Shown here one piece after another: positions 26,901-40,700 of a DNA stretch of 64,000 nt. The notes below the pieces were generated by a model, which saw nothing but the letters and a program-made list of their open reading frames with translations, ran no database searches and was not told the DNA's origin. The stretch is from contig NC_043018.1 of the NCBI RefSeq assembly GCF_006345805.1, positions 7,502,001 to 7,566,000 of the forward strand, in the 5' to 3' direction. The position numbers and the translations under genes are program-made. Every line of letters begins with the position of its first letter. The first letter of the stretch is position 1. The DNA is from Octopus sinensis (lineage: Eukaryota).

Positions 26901-28087
26901 TTATTTTATAGAAGTGGTTTAACCCGACTCAACCCGGGACCTACATATATTATATATATATATATATATATGTTTCTTTTTGTATCTGCTCTTTGTCATC
27001 GATCTTCTATAAGTATGGAGCAGTACCCATAATTTTGCCCTTTCTATTTACAAAGTAAGCATGCAGTTATACGAGGTGCGAAACAGAGTTTATTTTAACA
27101 AGATACCCCTTGAACTACACCTGAGGAGACACATTTACACTGAGGGATGAACCTTAACCAGTAGTACAGTATCTCCTCCCATTGCGAGGGATCGATGCTA
27201 GATGAGTCGAAACGACTGTAGTGATCAATAAAAATTCTCGCGTCGTCCATCTCGTTAATTACATACCAAACTAACAAAGAGGAATACCTGACGTAGATCC
27301 AGTGATATTTATAATAATACCGTTGATGACATCAGATATCCATAGGCAGCGAACGTGCTTTACCGGAAAACTTCCAGTTTTATACCATATGCTTAAATAA
27401 CTACAAACTACATATATACTTCTTCGATCCAGAAATTCCAACACACTTAAATTCGAGACCTGAAATTTTTAGCAGGTGTAGCCACATAGACAGGTTTCTT
27501 TTATCGAAGTGGAGGGCACCACCCGCTGCATATTGATGTGCAGTCTGGCAGACTTTCACATATTTTCTTTTATTTTATTCTAAACCAGTTATGTCTAATG
27601 AGCTTTCTGCAACCAAGGAGGAAAAAGATCCTAGTTTTCTTGATTTCGTTTCCTTTTTTGCATCAAACTTCTTCACACTTCATCCGTGGATTTTCTTATT
27701 TTCTTACTGCCCGGCGTCCTTGTTTGTAATATATATATAACGCATAAACTGATCCTGAAAGTTTGCTTTAAGATACAAGGCGTATTTTATAAATTTGCCT
27801 GTTCAAGTCTCATAGTAGCATGAAACAATTAGTAGTGAAGTATTATTACTGTTAAAAACAGTAATAATGAGGTGGCTAGCAAGACTTCTACCTAAACATG
27901 TATAGAATATTTAAAGAAGGCTAAAGATATCGCTCGCTAAAAAATTAAAGCGAACGCTTCAAAAAAACCCACCAATTCTACAGTAAAAGTTTTATCGTAG
28001 AATTGGGTTTTTTAAGCTTTCGCTTTAATCTTTTAGCAAGCGTATCTTTACCCTTCTTTTCTACATATATATATACATATATATATA

Positions 28088-28743
28088 TGCTTTCGGTGCG
28101 AATGGTTTTGTTGTACGGTGCCGTGTTTTACAATCCTCTAAATAATAATAATGGTATTTATATAAGCTTAAAGCGATCACCGTGCAATGACGATGGAAAA
28201 CTGTCTAATAAAAAGGCATAGAAGCCTCGAAAGAAGTCTTTCATATCCGTAGGAAACTCCAACCCACATCCCTTTGTTAAGGCGACTAAGTGTGTTACCT
28301 TTACACCGACGATTTAGCCTGTCTGTTTCTGTCAAAATTAAGAAGTATATTAGTTCGTATTTGTTTTTATGTAAACAAACTTTCTATATTAGACTATTTT
28401 CCTTAGTCATTGCACGGTGATCACCATACGCTTTAAGCTGAAATAAAGGCCATTATTATTATTTACTGGATTGTAAAACATGGCGCCGTAAAACAAAACC
28501 GTTCGTACCGAAAGCATATAGAAAGTTTGTTTACATAAAAATAAATACGAACCAATATAGTTCTTAAATTTGACTGAACAAGAAAAGCTAATTCGCTAGT
28601 GTAAAGGTAACACACTTAGTCGCATTAACACAAGAATGTGTCCCACGCGGATAGGAAAGCCTTCTTTTTTCTGTCGAGGGCTTATTTGACACTTTATTAG
28701 ACTATTAGTTATTGCACGGTGATCGCCATAAGCTTTAAGTATA
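28088..28743. mobile_element. Nested fold-back / MITE-like inverted structure
   Basis: 28088-28212 is the reverse complement of 28387-28516; 28215-28388 is the reverse complement of 28517-28700; TA flanks. Confidence 0.75.
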
Positions 28744-29003
28744 CATACACTTCGTTTTCTACATCTGGTTTGCAAGATTCTTTGTGTGAATTCGTGTGTT
28801 GAAACAATTTTGTTGCGTCCAGAGAGAGTCACACTGCCTAAATACTTATATGTAATACATTCACTGGGTCAATTTCCACTCATCTGTTATTTATATTTTT
28901 TTCCTTTCCAAAATTTTCGTTCCTTTTGCAACCTTGTCAACGGATGTGGATAACCCCCATTGTCAAGGTTGCAAAAGCAACGAAAAATTTGGAAGAATAT
29001 ATA

Positions 29004-29612
29004 TAGTAGTTATTCTATCGGTCTTTTGCCGAACCGCTAAGTTACGGGGACGTAAATACACCAGAATCGGTTGTCAGGCGATGTTGGGGAAACAAACATA
29101 TACACACACATACACCATACATATTTATACTATATACGACGGGCTTCTTTTAGTTTCCGTCTACCAAATGCTCTCACAAAGCTTTGGTCAGCCCGAGCTA
29201 TAGTAGAAGACTCTCGTCCAAGGTGTCACGCAGTGGGACTGAACCCAGAATCATATGGTTCGAATGGCTGTGTGGTAAGTAGCTTGCTTACGAACCATAT
29301 GATTCTGGGTCAGTCCCACTGCGTGACACCTTGGACGAGAGTCTTCTACTATAGCCTCGGGCTGACCAAAGCTTTGTGAGAGCATTTGGTAGACGGAAAC
29401 TGAAAGAAGCCCGTCGTATATATGTATATATATATATATATGTATGTGTGTATGTGTGTGTATATGTTTGTGTGTCTGTGTTTGTTTCCCCAACATCGCT
29501 TGAGAACCGATTCTGGTGTGTTTACGTCCCCGTAACTTAGCGGTTCGGCAAAAGAGACCGATAGAATAACTACTAGGCTTGCAAAGAATAAGTCCTGGGG
29601 TCGATTTGAGAA
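29004..29612. mobile_element. Inverted duplication of a single SINE S1 copy
   Basis: Arms 29004-29262 and 29291-29575 share private variants. Confidence 0.85.
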
Positions 29613-29893
29613 ACACTGATTTAACCTAAATTTGAGACACCGTGCAATTTTCTCGCGTACGCGTAGTATCGATCGCAACAGCTGCTGTACTTGCACGTAC
29701 AAATGCACGTTCCCACGGCTTTGTCAATCGCATTCTCGCCTGGGATCGATTTTTATAATTTTTTTCAAGACTTATACACGCCCTGATACCGTCGGTATCT
29801 ACATATCAAATTTGAGCGCAATCGGATGGAGGATGCCCGAGATCCTAGAAGACACACACACAGACAGACAGAACAGATTTTATATAATAGATA
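29612..29893 (+). mobile_element. Helitron/Helentron-derived non-autonomous element 3' part (Lep1/pearl-like)
   Basis: CAAATTTGAGCGCAATCGGATG..(ACAG)n..TTTTATATAATAGAT architecture. Confidence 0.5.
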
Positions 29894-29979
29894 AGACGAT
29901 GTGATTTGAGGGAGATTTATTTAGCTGCCTTTTCTAGAAAATCGAACAGCATAGAAGGCTTTCCGTCGGCTGTTGATAC

Positions 29980-31700
<1,721 letters not shown>

Positions 31701-31900
31701 ACGATATCGATATATAAGAAATTATTTTTGGTACAGTATTTGAATATCTCATGTTTTAATTTATAAAAATTATCAAAACAAATCTCTTAGAAACAGGTTA
31801 ACCGCAACCTCACAGACGACATACATACATACATACATACAAACATACATACATATATATGTATATGCAGACACACACATGTGTGTGTGTTTATGTTTGT

Positions 31901-31950
<50 letters not shown>

Positions 31951-32155
31951 GTAAATATATGTATATACGAGAGGTTCTCTCATATAGCAGCATGGAGCAT
32001 AAAAGCAAAGACATATACTGCAGCAGATGAGAATTGTTTGGTATGGGTGCCGAAACTGCCAGATCGTGTTATTTCAGTCTATTGGACTTCTTCGAATCTC
32101 GCTACTACGATACATACAATATCCGATATTTCGTTGACATGTAGTCAAGAGACGC

Positions 32156-32201
32156 CTGACACTGAAGAAGTTCAATAGACTGAAATCACGTGCTTTCTCA
32201 G
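32156..32201 (+). ncRNA. Type I hammerhead candidate with upstream inverted partial copy (32062-32093)
   Basis: CTGACA-CTGAAGA-AGT tcaatag ACT-GAAA-TCACGTGC-TT-TCTCAG. Confidence 0.6.
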
Positions 32202-32723
32202 TTCTGGTGCATATAGCAAACGATGCTCTTCTGCTACGATATATGTATGTGATTTTCTGCACCATGCGTCTATGTGACAGATCTTTGCTGGCGAATACCT
32301 CAGTTTTAGGCGTTATAACAAGACATCCACGTAAAGTTAGGGGTAAACGTTATCTTTTGTTACTCATATTGCTTGAATCGCTAATGGTTATATTGTAAAT
32401 ATATATATATGTATATATATGCGGGTGTGGTTGTGTGGTAAGTGGTTTACCTCTCTAAAAAATGGTTCCGGTTTTAATCCCACTGAGTGGCAACTCAAGC
32501 AAGTGTCGTCTGCTAAAGCCTCAGGCTGAACAAGGCCTCCTGTGTGGATTTAGTGGGCGGAAACTGTAAGAATCCTGTCGTGTGTGTGTCGGTAGGAGTG
32601 TGTGCGTGTGTCTGTGCTTATCTCCTACCGCCTTTTGACAACAGATGATGGAGTTTACGTCTTCGTAATTGTATATTTTTACCTTATACCATCAGCGTGA
32701 ATTTTTATCATCACTTCCGAATA

Positions 32724-33066
32724 ATTGTCACATATGTTATATATATATATATATATATATATATAGATATATATATATATATATACAACTTATAAACAAG
32801 GGCAGAAGAAAAAAAATTTCTAATGCCAAATATGCCGAAATTAGACACATTGTCCAAAATCATTATAATTCATCACTATAAGCACGTATCTCGAAGAAAG
32901 CCGACAGAAATTTCTAAAAATTTCTGTTATTATCATATCGGACCCGATTTCAAAGTTAATTCATAAGAACCTTCTCTTCGTCAGTGATAAATTTAACCTT
33001 TAAAGGTATTTTTAATATGCTGGACATTGATAAAAAAATTTTCTCCTATATTAGATGTAAATTTAA

Positions 33067-33128
<62 letters not shown>

Positions 33129-35708
33129 GAAAAAACAAGTCAAAAATAGAAAATGCTAAAATAATTTTATAGTGAATCTTTCAGTACCGGTTTCGGTCAT
33201 TTTGAGACCTTTTCAACTGTAACGATTAAATAATTAAATCTAGAAAAATTAGAAGAAAAGTTTTTTTAAAGGAATATTTCTATAGTGGTGTTCAGATATA
33301 AGTGGCATTCTGCCTTCTCTGACTCCCTTGTTTGCACTTGTGTGTTCGAGGTCGTTGTGAGTTCTTGGTAGGGTAGGAGAAGAAGAAGGCTGATGTGAGA
33401 GGGGGGGAGTGGGGAAAATCTGGGAGTGCCCTGATGGTCGTATTTGAATGGTCAGTGGCGGCCAGCAGTCGCAGTTCAATTCAGGAATTGTTTATGGAAT
33501 TTGCGTAGGCGTTATACTAAAAGACATTAGTGACAAGGTTAAGGGGTAGAAGGTGGAGAAGTAGAAGAAGAGAAGAAGATGACGATGTTGATGATGATGA
33601 TGAAGAGAGAAGAAGAAGAAGAAGAAGAAGAAGAAGAAGAAGAAGAAGAAGAAAGAAGAAGAAGAAGGAGAAGGAGATGATGATGATGATATGATGGTGG
33701 TGATGATGATGATGACGATGATGATGATAATGATGATGATGAAGAAGAAGAGGAATAAGAAGAAAAAAGCAGAGAAGGGAGAATATGAATGGGGTGAAAG
33801 TATAGCTGTGATGGGGCTGATTAGTAATGGATTCTATGGAATGTAATATTTGTGTGTGTATATTTCTTTTATTCTAAAGTTGAGGTATATTAATTGTTTG
33901 TCGTAGACCCGTTAAGAAGTGGCCTGTATTTTGTAATAAAGAGATTTCTTTACTTATTCGTTGTCTCGAGGTTGTATCGCCCCTAAATTGGTAGAGGGGG
34001 CAAATCCTGAGCTTGGTGTTTTTTTGTTGGCGCAAGTATCTATGTGTTGGCTAAAAGCTATTTTTCTGTTTTGGGGAATTTTTATCTGGGATCTGTGCAG
34101 GGCCATTCGTTTACGCAAACTATTTTTTTGTTTGGCCTATGTACTGCTCTTGACACCCGGAGCAGGTTAGTGAGTATATTAGGTTCTCCGAAGCACATGT
34201 GAAGTTGCTTCACTATAAACCGTGTTCCCTGTTTGAAGGAGAACTCTGATCCCTCAATTAGATAGTCGCATATCCCGCAATGGGTCTTCCTCATTTTTTT
34301 ACTGTCGGCTTCTGTGTGAAGAGTGAATTCGGGCTTGTGTTAGGAGACTTTTCATGGATCTAGGCTGTCTTTTGCTTTTTATGATCGTGTGTGTTTGGAG
34401 GATGTGTTAATTCTGTGGTTTTTTTAGAAGGGGTATGTGTGGAGGATGGTGCCGAAGGCTTCGTTATTGAGAGGGTTGTGTGTGGAGATGTATATGGTAA
34501 GGTTTTTGGTTGTAAGTTTTTCTTTGATTTGGGATGTCTCAGTTCCTTGATGTTAAGTTGAAGGGCACGTTGAATGCACTTGTCAATAAGTGAAGGTTGA
34601 TAGTTCCTGGTGATAAGGGTATCTTTTAGTTCTTGTAGTCTGTGTCTGGTGTGTTTGCGTTAGAGACTATAGTGCATATCCTTTTTGCTAGATTGAAGGG
34701 GATATCATCCTGGGTGTCTGGGGTGGCATGATTGAATGGAAGATATTGCTTAGAGTCTGTAGGCTTATAGTATATGTCTGTTTCTATTATATATTAGCTT
34801 TCTTAATGAGGATATCGAGGAAGGGAGTTGTTGCTGGCTATATTCCATCGTGAATTGGATGTTTACGTCCGTCCGTTTAAAATTTCCTGGAATTCTATGA
34901 GTTTTTCTATATTTTTATGCCAAAGAATGAAACAGTCATCAAGATATCTCTTCCAGTTGTTTTCTATGTAGATGGAGAAAGGGCTGCCATATCTTTCTAG
35001 AACCTTACGATACAGACTGATCTCTAGATATCCTATGACTAGGTTGGCAAAGGAGTGGGCCATTCGTGTACGACCATCAGGGCACTCCCAGATTTTCCCA
35101 CTCCCACCCCTTCTCCACATCAGCCTTCTTCTTCTCCTACCCTACCAAGAACTCACAACGACATCGAACACACAAGTGCAAACAAGGGAGTCAGAGAAAG
35201 GCAGAATGCCACTTATATCTGAACACCACTATAGAAATTGTCACATATGTATATATAATATATAATATATATATATATTATATATATATATACAACTTAT
35301 AAACAAGGGCAGAAGAAAAAGAAAAATTTCTAATGCCAAATATGCCGAAATTAGACACATTGTCCAAAATCATTATAATTCATCACTATAAGCACGTATC
35401 TCGAAGAAAGCCGACAGAAATTTCTAAAAATTTCTGTTATTATCATATCGGACCCGATTTCAAAGTTAATTCATAAGAACCTTCTCTTCGTCAGTGATAA
35501 ATTTAACCTTTAAAGGTATTTTTAATATGCTGGACATTGATAAAAAATTTTTCTCCTATATTAGATGTAAACTTTTCTTCTAATTTTTCTAAATTTAATC
35601 ATTTAATCGTTACAGTTGAAAAGGTCTCAAAATGACCGAAACCGGTACTGAAAGATTCACTATAAAATTATTTTAGCATTTTCTATTTTTGACTTGTTTT
35701 TTCATATA
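32724..35708 (-). mobile_element. Compound 5'-truncated Penelope-like element with inverted terminal repeat
   Basis: Inverted arms 33125-33450 vs 35068-35240 + 35570-35708; segment 32724-33062 repeated directly at 35237-35570; four hammerhead motifs. Confidence 0.85.
33890..35070 (-). pseudogene. Penelope RT C-terminal half + GIY-YIG endonuclease, frameshifted
   Basis: TRMAHSFANL..WKRYLDDCFILW (YLDD 34935-34946), IQFTME..DIYYKPTDS, NLIYSLTCSGCQEQYIGQT (34129-34185). Confidence 0.9.
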
Positions 35709-35737
35709 TATCAACTCGTGTGTTCCTTTCCACCCTT

Positions 35738-35776
<39 letters not shown>

Positions 35777-35950
35777 CACAGACATTATGTTGATAGGGTT
35801 AAAATCCAAGGTATGTCCTCTTCAAAGAAACACGTGTAATGGTGAATAATACCAAAATCATTTTTCAGTTCCTTGTTTTGATGTGTGTGTGTTTGTGTGG
35901 TGTGTGTGTGTGTGTGTGTGGTGTGTGTTGGTGTGCGTGTGTGTGTGTGT

Positions 35951-35988
<38 letters not shown>

Positions 35989-36120
35989 GGCGTGCGTGTG
36001 TGTGCGTGTGTGTGTTTATTACATTTGTAGACATTGATGAATGAATCTAGGCGGACAGCTGATAAAGAATCTCAGAAGAAAAGCATTATGTACAAGCGAT
36101 CTAGATCCGACACGCACGCT

Positions 36121-36158
<38 letters not shown>

Positions 36159-36875
36159 AACACACACACACACACACAAACACATATATTACCACCACCA
36201 TCACACACACGAACAGACTGACACATCTTGAAAAACGTTGGGAAAACAGTAGCGAACGTTTTAGAGGAAAGTATTTTTTTCTAGAAATATGAATGATAGT
36301 TTTACGTGGAGCAGCGCTTAAGTAGTTAAGTAGAAGGGAAAGTATCACTCGCTGGAAAAGTAAAAGCGGGTTTGCTCACACACACACACACATATATACG
36401 CACATAACATACATAGAAATATATGTCCATACATATATACATAACTACATATGTATATATACACGCATATATATGTATATATATGTACATATATATGTAT
36501 ATATACATATGTATATGTACATGTGTATATATGTATATATATATATGTGTGTGTGTTTATGTGTGTGTGTTTATGTGTGTGTATGTATGTATATATAAAT
36601 ATATACACACGTATATATATATGTATATATATAGTACATATGTATGTATGTATATATACATATATATATATATACATATACAAATATATAATTATATATA
36701 TATATAATATATATGTATTTATACATATACATATATATATGCATTATACATATATATATGTATTTATGCATATACATCTATGTATATATATTATATATAT
36801 ATATATATATATATTATGCGAGTGTAATATATGAGTGACATATATATATATATATATATATACATACATACAATA

Positions 36876-36938
<63 letters not shown>

Positions 36939-37320
36939 TGTATGTGTATGCACACACATATATGTTTGTATGTATAAATGCTCATCTCTGTTTGGGCACA
37001 CGCATGTAGTTATATACGTATGTGTATGCGTGTATGTGTAAGAGAGAGAGAGAGTTTGTGTGTGTGTGCGCGCGCGCGTGTGTGTACTGACATTGAAAAA
37101 TTTCCCAAGAGTGACTTCTGCATACAGAATATATACTTAAATGTAGGCTACCATACTTAACTGTAAGCTTTCAATGCAGAAGACACCCTTGGGAAATTTT
37201 CGAATCTCGTTAATTTAAATTACCTAATTTTTAAAAAATTATTTCCTCGCCTAAAACTATTAACTCACCAAAATATACATACATACATATGCATACATAC
37301 TTGCGTGTGTACCTAATACT

Positions 37321-37355
<35 letters not shown>

Positions 37356-37356
37356 G

Positions 37357-37407
<51 letters not shown>

Positions 37408-37943
37408 GTAAAGAAAGTCCTCTCACACTTCAAGACAAAAACAAATGCCTCTTTCCTTTAGTTGATCGATTTAATCAAGATATTTTCCCTCGTTTTGGAT
37501 AATATAATGGCATCAATCTATTTAATAATCGTTGATCCTTCAAGCTTTAAAAAATTCTTCAGATTTCGAAGCAATGAAACTCACAATGTAATTTTTAAAC
37601 TTTTTGCCTTTTCTACTTGTTTCAGTCATTAAGACTGTGGCCATGCTGGGGCACCACCTTGAAAACCTTTAGTCGAATGATTCGAATCCCATTACATTTT
37701 TGTTTTTAAGTACTGCTACGTGTTCTATCGGTCTCATTTGCCGAACGGCTAGCTTACGAGGATGCAAACAAACCACCATCGGTTGTCAAGTAATGGTGGG
37801 GGACAAACATAAACACACACACTGATATATTATATATGTATGTGTGTGTGTATGCCGGTGCTATATGTGTATATACATACATATATATATATATAAGGGT
37901 ATGCTCCCACTTTCAGTGTTTTCAAATCCAAACCAGGGAGTTC

Positions 37944-37996
37944 TGAGCTGATGATAGAAATGTCGATTTTGACTAATCTTGAAACGTACGTTCTCA
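37944..37996 (+). ncRNA. Type I hammerhead candidate
   Basis: TGAG-CTGATGA-(weak stem II)-GAAA-CGTACG-TT-CTCA. Confidence 0.55.
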
Positions 37997-38286
37997 AATA
38001 ACCTTTGCATTTGATTTTTTAATGTCTCTACCCCCATACTTTCGTGAGTTGAATTGAGCAAACACTATATGAGAGAGGTTTTCTTTAAGTATTATAAATA
38101 GTTTTATAAATGTATTTTTAGCTGCTATTTCTAATGAGTTCAGTATGCGGCAAAGTAATTTATTTTACTAAGCCCTTTTATATAATGTAATAATTTGAAT
38201 TCGCCTTAAATGGTCCCTTTGCATACTGAATACTTGGTGAAATTGATTAATTAATTAATTTTACCCTCAATTGTTGAAATTATATA

Positions 38287-38340
<54 letters not shown>

Positions 38341-38560
38341 GTTAATCCAAACATGAAAACAAAGAGAAAACACAACAACGCGAGGACGTGGAACAAGTAT
38401 AGTGTTATCTAACGCTCAGGAAAGGAAAGCAAGAAGGAGGATTTAACGTTTCGAGCGGAGCTCTTCGTCAGAAACATAGGAAAAGGAAAGATCCAAGGAA
38501 GGGAAGATGGAGGGTAAAATCACCAACGGTACACACGCAGTCACATTTTAATCCATTAAT
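38341..38560 (-). mobile_element. PLE-type terminal repeat with hammerhead 38441-38476 (GAGC/GCTC family)
   Basis: GTTT-CTGACGA-A-GAGC tcc GCTC-GAAA-CG-TT-AAAT; 3' end abuts (TA)n. Confidence 0.75.
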
Positions 38561-38797
38561 CGGTGTGCATTCAAAGCAATGAATAGTTGTATTCAAAGCA
38601 ATGATTCGTAATTTTACGAAACCGGTATGCTTGAATCTCTTTAATAATTTCACAATAATGACTTTTATTACTTTTATTCCAACCTCAGGTCATCTAATTG
38701 TATATATTTTTCGTTACTTTACATAAAATGCCTTTACTTTTTTTGATTTACAATGTGCATTTTCGTCTATTTTTCTTACTCCCCCCCCTGTATATAT

Positions 38798-38863
<66 letters not shown>

Positions 38864-39098
38864 GCACCGGCATTGCAAGAAATAACAGTCAAAACAACTC
38901 TTCGCCACAATGAAGCACTTATTTTAGGACTGACAAGGTGAGCCAGCTTAACCCTAGGCTCGGTAAGAGACATTGACGAGCATTAAAAAAAGTACGAAAT
39001 CACTGGTGATCTGGCTACGTCGCCAATGCTATTGGGAGATTGCCTTCTCTGTCACTCTTAAGATAAGTTTTGACTGTTATTTCTAGCAATGCTGGAGC
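38864..39098. mobile_element. MITE with ~33-bp TIRs, TA flanks
   Basis: GCACCGGCATTGCAAGAAATAACAGTCAAAAC / GTTTTGACTGTTATTTCTAGCAATGCTGGAGC. Confidence 0.65.
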
Positions 39099-39308
39099 TA
39101 ACTAGAGCCCTTAGTCACTTTGGTAGCGTCTATAGTTCTACCTCTCGGCTATAAATTGCGAGCAAGCCACCTTTATTATTATTATTATTATTATTATTAT
39201 CATCATCATCATCATCATCATTAATATCATTATTATTATATTTATTATTATTATCATCATCATTATTATTATTATTATTATCATTATTATTATTATTATT
39301 ATTATTAT

Positions 39309-39356
<48 letters not shown>

Positions 39357-39364
<8 letters not shown>

Positions 39365-40422
39365 CGCCTTAGCGAAAGCGGAGGTATTGTTTTCAATCGT
39401 GTTTGTTTGTTTGTTGGTCCATGGACAAAATATCTCAAGAACTGTTGGATGGATTCGGATGAATCTTTCATGGATGTTTGGCCTCGTGACTGGCACGAAC
39501 TGATTACATTTTGGAATCGATCCGGTACAGGACAAGGATTATGGATTATTTGTTATATTTACTTTATTTTACTTGAAGTATTACGATCTTACGTTCACTT
39601 TCAAGTCTTTCTTTGATTATCTCCCTTGAAAGCACGGTCATGGTTTCCACGCAAGTAATGGCTGCGTTACTGTTTCCGAAGTTTTATTTTCGTTTATCTA
39701 TTATTAATTTTAATCGCGTTTCTATTTTAGTAGGAAATGACGGATAAAGAAATCAAATTACATAAACAAACGGCAGCAAAACCGTTCAGAAATTGAATAA
39801 CACTAACATATTCAGTAACAATAATAAATTCAATTTATCCTCGACAATTTTTTTTTAGTTTTACCAATTTTGAATATATCGCTTCTATTTAAAACCTCTT
39901 ACCTACTTGACAATTGCATTTCTAGCTCTGCTTTGAAGGAAGCTTTACTTCTTGGACTCACGTTTTTGTGCGCAACGATGTTGTTAAACCTCCGTTAACA
40001 GCACCGTATGCAGGTCCTTTTCGTTTTCTTTCACGCACGGATAAATTTTTCACTATGGACCTTAAAGGTCGTAAAGTCAGTATATCAGTGGATAGACCAA
40101 AGAAAGGCCTTCATAGAGAAAACTGTCCCTGTTCCACCGCAAAGGACGCACACACAGCATTACAAACATGACCCACACACCCACGTTCACATTCCCTGAC
40201 TACTACTGGGATCGATCAGGTACCGGACAAAGATTCTGGATTATTTTTCATTTTTTTTTTTATTTAATATTTGCGAAGCAGTCGGGTTCCTTTTTAATAT
40301 TCTCGTTTGTGAGAGCAATCGAGTTTATTTCAGATATTCTCATTTTAAAAATCATCTCCGGTAAATCGTTGAAAGGACGTTGGTGTTGCCTTGGCGGAAG
40401 TTGGCGCTCTATGAGTGCGTTT
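39357..40422 (+). mobile_element. Helentron-associated non-autonomous element (DINE/HINE-like)
   Basis: 5' CTCCGC..GCGGAG hairpin, 3' CCTTGGCGGAAG sub-TIR and GCGCTCT..GAGTGC palindrome, T-rich ends. Confidence 0.65.
39956..40110 (+). pseudogene. Gypsy/Ty3 integrase C-terminal GPY/F fragment
   Basis: THVFVRNDVVKPPLTAPYAGPFRFLSRTDKFFTMDLKGRKVSISVDR. Confidence 0.75.
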
Positions 40423-40459
40423 GTTATTATTATCATTATTATTATTATTATTATTATTA

Positions 40460-40496
<37 letters not shown>

Positions 40497-40700
40497 TCTC
40501 TCTCTCTCTCTTATATATATAATATATTATATATATACATATATATATATATGAAATAGATAAATGAATTATCTTATACGGATTATTCAAATTATAACCG
40601 ATACCTGGGTAGCGAAAATCACAACAGAAAAATCACGGTTGAGGTTACGACCATGGGGTATCGCAACCGTTCCTTAGTGCGGATAATTAAGTTTTATATA

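Noticed and set aside
27590-27745. Short ATG ORF after a polypyrimidine/AG (MSNELSATKEEKDPSFLDF...)
   Set aside because: About 50 codons ending in a TA repeat, with no homology recognised
40625-40680. ACGGTTG/CAACCGT stem with CTAAGGA on the minus strand
   Set aside because: No GAAA or stem III; ribozyme identity is unsupported
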